This document shows, in pieces, positions 31,261 to 36,728 of a DNA stretch of 36,728 bases. The stretch is from Candidatus Bathyarchaeota archaeon (lineage in GTDB: Archaea; Thermoproteota; Bathyarchaeia; Bathyarchaeales; Bathycorpusculaceae). Location: positions 1 through 36,728 of the forward strand of contig CAWDYC010000012.1 of NCBI GenBank assembly GCA_963806535.1. The letters are read 5' to 3'. Within the stretch, counting starts at the first letter, position 1; each line of letters begins with the position of its first letter. The notes beneath the pieces were generated by a model, which worked only from the letters and a program-made list of their open reading frames with translations, made no database searches and had not been told where the DNA came from. Position numbers and translations under genes: made by a program.

Positions 31261-31386
31261 TTCTTTGTGTTTTGGGTTGCTTTTTTGTGTCAAAGCTTAA
31301 ATCCTTTGCAGGTTGCGTGTGTATATGTGTGGATTTGTGCTGAATTGTGCGAAATTGTGTGATTTTGTGTGGAATTGTGTGGAAGG
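31261..31386 (+). repeat. Dispersed element copy 3: 56-nt leader plus 7 x 10-bp array (consensus GTGTGGAATT)
   Basis: Leader 31261-31316; units from 31317: gtgtgtatat gtgtggattt gtgctgaatt gtgcgaaatt gtgtgatttt gtgtggaatt gtgtggaagg. Confidence 0.88.
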
Positions 31387-31396
31387 GTAAGTTAAG

Positions 31397-31672
31397 TTAC
31401 CATTAACTCAAAGAGTTACTTTCAAAGCCATATTAAGAAAGAACCTTCTACAGGTTCCAAAGTTGGTCCGTTGGCAGTTTAAGTTGGACCCGTCCGAGAA
31501 CTTAACAGTCACAATAAGCATCGTTGGTTTAATGGGTGCTAAAGAAAGTTTTTTAGGCAAAATACACAAAGACGGCAGAATCACAGTTTCCGCATTAATT
31601 ATCGCATCTTTGAAGCAATATGAACCTGACCTTAAAGGACAAATGATGGAAATTACTCTTCAACCTTGCTAA
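31397..31672 (+). CDS. Small protein with two AbrB/MazE/SpoVT-like motifs (putative DNA-binding); start uncertain
   Basis: Frame open from 31391: (L)PLTQRVTFKAILRKNLLQVPKLVRWQFKL...SFLGKIHKDGRITVSALI...MMEITL; first canonical start is TTG 31463. Confidence 0.6.
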   Translation, partial: LPLTQRVTFKAILRKNLLQVPKLVRWQFKLDPSENLTVTISIVGLMGAKESFLGKIHKDGRITVSALIIASLKQYEPDLKGQMMEITLQPC

Positions 31673-32080
31673 CTAAAGCTCTTTTTCATTACTTGACATA
31701 ATTGAAACTTTAAGTTGCTTAACCGGCTTATTCCCTTTAAGACCATCAATCAAACATTTTAATCGTTTTCCTGATCCTTTTACAACCATCACTTCAAGAC
31801 AGTCTGTTTCTGAAAGATGAGCGTGCAAGTAGGCGGTTATCATATCATCAAACTCATGTTGCAGCCTGAACAATTCCTTGTTTTGTTCAGCTTTTTCATA
31901 AAGAACAGTTATTGTAGCAATTACGTTTCCTTTGATTTTTTCTAAATCATTCAACTGCGTAAGGTACATACGGACTGCTTGGCGAATTACCTCTGACCGG
32001 TTTGCGCCTCCATCCTCTCCAAGCATTGCATCTAGTTGCTCTAGCAATTCGTTCGGCAATGAAAGACTAATGATGCTCAC
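31673..32080 (-). CDS. nikR: NikR-family (RHH plus metal-binding domain) regulator
   Basis: IISLSLPNELLEQLD...NRSEVIRQAVR, then QHEF...LHAHL...CLEV metal ligands. Confidence 0.82.
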   Translation of the reverse strand: MSIISLSLPNELLEQLDAMLGEDGGANRSEVIRQAVRMYLTQLNDLEKIKGNVIATITVLYEKAEQNKELFRLQHEFDDMITAYLHAHLSETDCLEVMVVKGSGKRLKCLIDGLKGNKPVKQLKVSIMSSNEKEL

Positions 32081-32312
32081 TTAAATTCCCCTGAGATAAT
32101 AACTAATTGTTTTCTATTGCTCATTTGATTGACTTAAATATTGTTATTTTTGATATCTAACTTTAATAAGAAATCATTTCCGCCCATAGCGTAATAATAG
32201 GGCATACAAAAAGAACTCACTTATTAAAAAAAAGATAAAACTTAATAAACGGTTGCTCCATGATTTAATAGAAAATAATGATTCCTAAATTACGCGTAGG
32301 CGCTATTTGCTC

Positions 32313-32993
32313 ATGACAGACTCAAATGGTTATTTTCTCCAGGTTTCAGATTTGAACGTTCAGTTTCAGAAAGAAATAATTTTGGAACATGTACATTTCA
32401 AAATAAAAAAAGGAACAACCCTCGCGATTGTAGGACCCAACGGCGCAGGAAAAACCATGCTTTTTAGGGCAATTCTCAATTTAGTACCTTACACAGGAAA
32501 AATTGAATGGAGCGAAAAAGCCAAAATAGGATATGTGCCACAAAACGTCAGCGTAAAAGACATTCCAATTTCAGTGAAAGAATTTCTTTCCTACAAAAAA
32601 GGCGCAAACATTGAAGATGTGTTGAAAGCTGTAAAGCTAAACGACCCAGACATAATTAAGAAAACATTAAGCATTTTATCTGGTGGACAGCTTCGACGGG
32701 TTCTGATCGCTTGGGCATTAATGGATGACCCCAATGTACTATTGTTTGATGAACCCACAGTTGGTGTAGACATAGGCGGCGAAGAATCAATCTTTTCAAC
32801 GTTGAGAGATTTGAAACAAAAAACAAACATCACCATGTTACTAATAACGCATGATATTCACTTGGTCAAAGAGTACACTGACCAACTGCTTGGCTTAAAC
32901 AAATGTACAACTTTTTTTGGCGACTCACAGCAGATAGCTGAACCTTCCTTACAGCAGAAAATTTACGGTGAAACAGTTTGCTTGAGTCCTTAA
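32313..32993 (+). CDS. Metal (Zn/Mn) ABC transporter ATP-binding protein, ZnuC-like
   Basis: GPNGAGKT, IGYVPQ, LSGGQLRR, LLFDEPTVGVD, ITHD. Confidence 0.9.
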   Translation: MTDSNGYFLQVSDLNVQFQKEIILEHVHFKIKKGTTLAIVGPNGAGKTMLFRAILNLVPYTGKIEWSEKAKIGYVPQNVSVKDIPISVKEFLSYKKGANIEDVLKAVKLNDPDIIKKTLSILSGGQLRRVLIAWALMDDPNVLLFDEPTVGVDIGGEESIFSTLRDLKQKTNITMLLITHDIHLVKEYTDQLLGLNKCTTFFGDSQQIAEPSLQQKIYGETVCLSP

Positions 32994-33009
32994 ACGGTAA
33001 GTGAAAAAT

Positions 33010-33798
33010 ATGATTGATATTTTAATCTATAGTTTAATAGCCGGGGTTGCGGTCGGATTCTCTGCAGGCTATTTAGGGTCCATAATGGTTCTTGAGAAAA
33101 TGGCGCTGGTAGGCGATGCCATGTCACATGTTGCTTTGCCTGGGCTCGCAATAGGCGTTCTACTCGGCTTCAACCCGCTCCTTGGTGGCTTCTTATTTCT
33201 ATTTGTCTCAGCCGTTCTCATTTGGCATTTAAACAGGGTCACTAAATTGTCTTTTGAAACATTAGTGGGTGCCGCTTTCACATTGGCGTTGGCAATAGGA
33301 ATACTACTTTATGGGAACAATTTGGATGCTCTTGAAGCAGCTCTTTTCGGCGACATAACGAAGGTAACATTAATGTACGCTGTTTTAGCGGCGATACTGG
33401 CTGTTATGGTAGTTTTTTTGACCCGTTTTATCTACAAAAAAACCGTTTTAACCTTAATCTCTGAAGAACTTGCAACATCCAAGGGCATTAATACGGCTTC
33501 TACGAACCTCTTGTTCCTTCTTCTTGTATCAGTTACTGTGGCAATAGGCATACAAGTTACAGGTACTTTGCTAGTTGGCTTTCTGGTCGTAACTCCTGCG
33601 GCTGCAGCACGAATTATAAGTGGGAACCTAACAAAATATCGTAACCTTAGTGCAATCTTTGGAGTGGTCTCCGCTGTGTCAGGGATACTTCTATCTTCAT
33701 CACTAAATATTCTTCCAGGACCATTGATTGTTATTTCTGGGGTTGTAATTTTCATTATAACCTTAACGTATAGATGGCGCAAGAAAATTCTGGTTTAG
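33010..33798 (+). CDS. Metal ABC transporter permease (ABC-3, ZnuB-like)
   Basis: MALVGDAMSHVALPG, LFGDI, GTLLV..FLVVTPAAAAR. Confidence 0.9.
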   Translation: MIDILIYSLIAGVAVGFSAGYLGSIMVLEKMALVGDAMSHVALPGLAIGVLLGFNPLLGGFLFLFVSAVLIWHLNRVTKLSFETLVGAAFTLALAIGILLYGNNLDALEAALFGDITKVTLMYAVLAAILAVMVVFLTRFIYKKTVLTLISEELATSKGINTASTNLLFLLLVSVTVAIGIQVTGTLLVGFLVVTPAAAARIISGNLTKYRNLSAIFGVVSAVSGILLSSSLNILPGPLIVISGVVIFIITLTYRWRKKILV

Positions 33799-33829
33799 TA
33801 ATATAAGAAAAAATAAAATGGAAATTGTT

Positions 33830-34402
33830 TTAGTAGTTTTCTACCCAAACTTCAAAGTACGCTTTTGGATGAGCACATACTGGGCATTTTTCTGGCGCTT
33901 CTTTGCCTTCGAAAACGAAGCCGCAGTTTCTGCATTTCCATTTGATCGGCTGATCTTTCTTGAAGACTTTGCCTTGCTCAAGGCTTTCAACTAATTTGTT
34001 GTATCTTCTTTCATGATAGGCTTCTACTTTTGCAACCATTCGAAAAGTTGCGGCAACTTCTGGAAAACCTTCCTGTTGAGCTATATCTCCAAAATTTGGG
34101 TAAAGTGTACCCCACTCCATTTTTTCGCCTGCAGCTGCTGCCTTAAGATTATCAACGGTTGAACCGATTACTCCTGCCGGGTAGGAAGCTGTGATTTCAG
34201 CCATCCCGCCCTTGAGATGCTTAAAGAAAAGTTCCGCATGTTCCTTCTCGTTGCCTGCTGTTTCCTCGAAAATTCCGCCTATTTGCTCATATCCTTCTTT
34301 TTTGGCGATGCTTGCAAAGAATGTGTATCGGTTTCGTGCTTGAGATTCGCCTGCAAACGCAGCAAGGAGGTTCTTTTCTGTTTGGCTACCTTTAAAATCC
34401 AT
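33830..34402 (-). CDS. rbr: Rubrerythrin
   Basis: AFAGESQARNRY, NEKEHA, VEAYHERRY, CRNCG...CPVCAHP. Confidence 0.95.
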   Translation of the reverse strand: MDFKGSQTEKNLLAAFAGESQARNRYTFFASIAKKEGYEQIGGIFEETAGNEKEHAELFFKHLKGGMAEITASYPAGVIGSTVDNLKAAAAGEKMEWGTLYPNFGDIAQQEGFPEVAATFRMVAKVEAYHERRYNKLVESLEQGKVFKKDQPIKWKCRNCGFVFEGKEAPEKCPVCAHPKAYFEVWVENY

Positions 34403-34817
34403 AATAATAACACCTATTAGTATTAAAGGCTCGAAGGAAAAATAAAAGTGTTCCCTGTAATCATTTCTTCTTTATGTATATGCTTTTATGCCGCTTACAC
34501 TAAATAGTTTTTTGCCGAATGATGAGAAGGCATTAGCTTGACATTAATTTGGATGAGAGATCAGAGTTACTCAGACGGCACTTAAAACAAAGTGAGTTAC
34601 AGGTACGGCAAAATTCTACTGACCTTAAATAATAGCAACAAAGTTCAAAATAGCAAATTAAAGAAAAAAACTAAGGCTCAAAATCTAAACTACTTTATAA
34701 TATTTCTCATGAGAATTGGCATCTGAAATTCTAATATCTTTTTCTAGATATATTCCGAATTAAGAAATATTGCTTATAGGCATTTGGCGTTTTCTCTTAT
34801 TTGAGGCGAAGATTTAA

Positions 34818-35082
34818 TTGCAGAAACGCGGCCGAGCGACTATCACAATAGACATCTTAGAAGCGACTTTGAAGCCTCAGAAAAAAATGCGGATAATGTA
34901 CCATTCAAACTTGAATTACGTACGCTTCAGCGGATACCTCTCAAACTTCTTAAACAAAGGGTTCATCGAGCCAATCAAAGATGAAGAAGGTAACGGTTGC
35001 TACCAAATTACTTCAAAGGGGCAAGGATCTGCTCTTGGTTCTTAAGAAAGCAAATGAACTTGGATATTCGGATGAGATATAA
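34818..35082 (+). CDS. Small winged-helix protein (archaeal ArnR1-like/HTH_45 type; apparent frameshift ~35020)
   Basis: DILEATL..KKMRIMYHSNLNY..F..YL..FL.KGFI...YQITSKG; shifted frame continues KDLLLVLKKANELGYSDEI* to 35082. Confidence 0.75.
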
Positions 35083-35471
35083 TTTTTTCTAAGTATCAAA
35101 TTTTTATTTTGTTTTGATTTAATGGAACTTGCCAGTTTTTTCAGGATCAGTCGAATGCTAATTTGTTTCATTAAGCATGATGTCGTGCTATTTTAGATTC
35201 ATCTTATTTTAACTAAAATGTTATGAGTGTGATTCATCTATTTTTCTGCAATAACAGCAGAATTGTATTATTTTTGAGTGAACTTGAGGACTATACTTTT
35301 AGCCCTTCACACTTTATAACACTTGCCAACTCTTTTCTTAATTACTCAACTAACTTAAACAATTATCCACTCCGGTCACGAAGGGATTTTATAGTGGTAA
35401 CAGGCGCATCGAATAGGTTTCCAAATTATTAGTTTTATTAATTTAGCCATTGAAATTTTGAAAAGTAGAAG

Positions 35472-35849
35472 GTGTTGCATTTATTTTCCAAAGATCGAAA
35501 AACTAACAAAAATCGCAACAGTCTAGATATTGTGCGGGAAATCCTTTCTATCGCGTCAGTTAAGGTCTGCAAAACTAGAATAATGTACGGAGCTAATTTG
35601 AATTTTCATCAATTGGAAAAGTACTTGAAAGCTCTTCTGGGAAACGCTCTTCTGTCATTCGATGGAGATTCAGGTTACTTAACCACAGGGTCAGGAAAGG
35701 ATTTTCTCCAACTCTATGAAAAATACTTAGAGCGTTCCGCACGTTTGAAAGGAGAAGTTGAGGGCTACACCAAAGATCGACAGTACCTTGAAAACATGTG
35801 CGGAGTCGGAAAAGACAATCCAGGCAATAACGGAAAAGACTCTCGTTAG
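35472..35849 (+). CDS. Small winged-helix protein (archaeal ArnR1-like/HTH_45 type)
   Basis: RNSLDIVREIL...KTRIMYGANLNFHQLEKYL...YLTTGSGKDFL. Confidence 0.85.
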   Translation: MLHLFSKDRKTNKNRNSLDIVREILSIASVKVCKTRIMYGANLNFHQLEKYLKALLGNALLSFDGDSGYLTTGSGKDFLQLYEKYLERSARLKGEVEGYTKDRQYLENMCGVGKDNPGNNGKDSR

Positions 35850-35889
35850 TAACCTTCTTGTTAAAAAATTGGTTTAGGTTGATGAACAA

Positions 35890-36114
35890 ATGAAGAAATC
35901 CACAGGCATGACTAAAGTCAAGTGCGAATGCGGCGATGAAATCTTGCTGGTGCCTGACGTGAAGGAAATGGATAAAGCCATAGAAGATCATGTAGATTTG
36001 CATCTTCAGGGTATGAAGGGCCATAGCTGTTCAGAGGCAGAAGCTGAACATCTAAGAGTCGATTTAATTACTCAGGTCCTAATTATAGCAAGCCAATCTG
36101 AAGAAAAAAATTGA
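35890..36114 (+). CDS. Small putative zinc-binding protein
   Basis: CECG...IEDHVDLH (Cys2/His2-like), 74 aa, 40 nt downstream of the wHTH gene. Confidence 0.65.
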   Translation: MKKSTGMTKVKCECGDEILLVPDVKEMDKAIEDHVDLHLQGMKGHSCSEAEAEHLRVDLITQVLIIASQSEEKN

Positions 36115-36728
36115 TAGATGGAAACAAAGATCTTTTTAGATTTGGTATATATCGATTTTTTGAATATGAATTATATGATTTTTTAGTCGTATTGTTTGTT
36201 TAGTGAAAAAGGACTAAGGTGGGAAAGAGAAATAGTCAATTTTTTTTTCAAGGCGAAAATGTGGTGTTATGGGGGTCCAAGAACTCTTTAATAGAGGCTG
36301 TTCATAAAGTAACTAGTGTATTTTTTGGAGAAGGTGAAAGCGCCTAACGTTTAATTAGAGTTGTCTTCCTTTCTGTATCCGCTTCTGTCAGGAAGGGATT
36401 GGGTAGTGCTGGTTCCAAATCTCGTTTTGGTTTTTGGGGGGCTTCGCCTCTCTTTTTGCATTAGTGACTTTTTGTTCGCGAACTATTTCTGGCAAAGGAT
36501 TTGGTGGAGTTAGTGTTTGTTTTGTGTTACCTGCCTATTTGTCCTATCCAAGAGATGATCCAGCCGACAACAAAGAGTACCAGAAACAAGGGTGATAATG
36601 AAACTAATGCGAGTTTTCTGCGTTTTTTTCTACAGGCTGCATTTATCATTTCAGTACCTGTGTTACATTCTTGCTCAATTCTTAATATATAAGGTTTTGT
36701 AATTTAGGTGCAAACAAAACCACACGAA

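Noticed and set aside
30979-31293. Minus-strand ORF MTQKSNPKHKEK... across the leader (similar peptides can be read in copies 1 and 2)
   Set aside because: Peptide similarity follows from the DNA similarity; no shared start or stop is evident and most of the ORF is antisense to the zincin gene. A short peptide is not fully excluded.
31317-31386. Decamer arrays as mini-CRISPR arrays
   Set aside because: Units are 10 nt, contiguous and degenerate, with no unique spacers, and there are no cas genes in the window.
32090-32280. Repeated TAATAA/TTATTA as a NikR operator
   Set aside because: Expected by chance in this AT-rich spacer; no consistent spacing.
35223-36692. Short ORFs 35223-35432 and 36501-36692
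   Set aside because: Composition resembles translated AT-rich intergenic DNA; no motifs.

Overview
Archaeal chromosomal window (tiaS, archaeal-type alaS, stand-alone Lrp/RAM domains). Gene content most resembles Bathyarchaeia, which is an inference. In order: the 3' end of a bzd-type benzoyl-CoA reductase cluster (BzdP/BzdQ-like ATPase subunits plus ferredoxin), an Lrp regulator, M20 peptidase, asnS, an FAD/NAD oxidoreductase, a type II P-type ATPase, satP-acs, a putative RHH gene-grpE-dnaK-dnaJ operon, mgtA, alaS, tiaS, three RAM-domain genes around a flippase-like gene, pyrG, CBS and zincin proteins, NikR with a metal ABC transporter, rubrerythrin and two small wHTH genes. Many genes at 1-13.1 kb and one near 35.0 kb carry frameshifts that look like sequencing errors. 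The most unusual signal is a dispersed non-coding element present three times (5116, 13173, 31261). Each has an ungapped, conserved 56-nt leader followed directly by a 6-7-unit tandem array with exact 10-bp period and a copy-specific unit (GTAC.., GTCC.., GTGT..). One copy runs into a small tandem-AbrB-like gene; the other two share a different tail motif. Other highlights: MgtA with a C-terminal winged-helix-like extension, a candidate RHH repressor and palindromic operator for the dnaK operon, and a DnaK with a changed ATPase motif. No rRNA, tRNA, CRISPR array or transposase was recognised.
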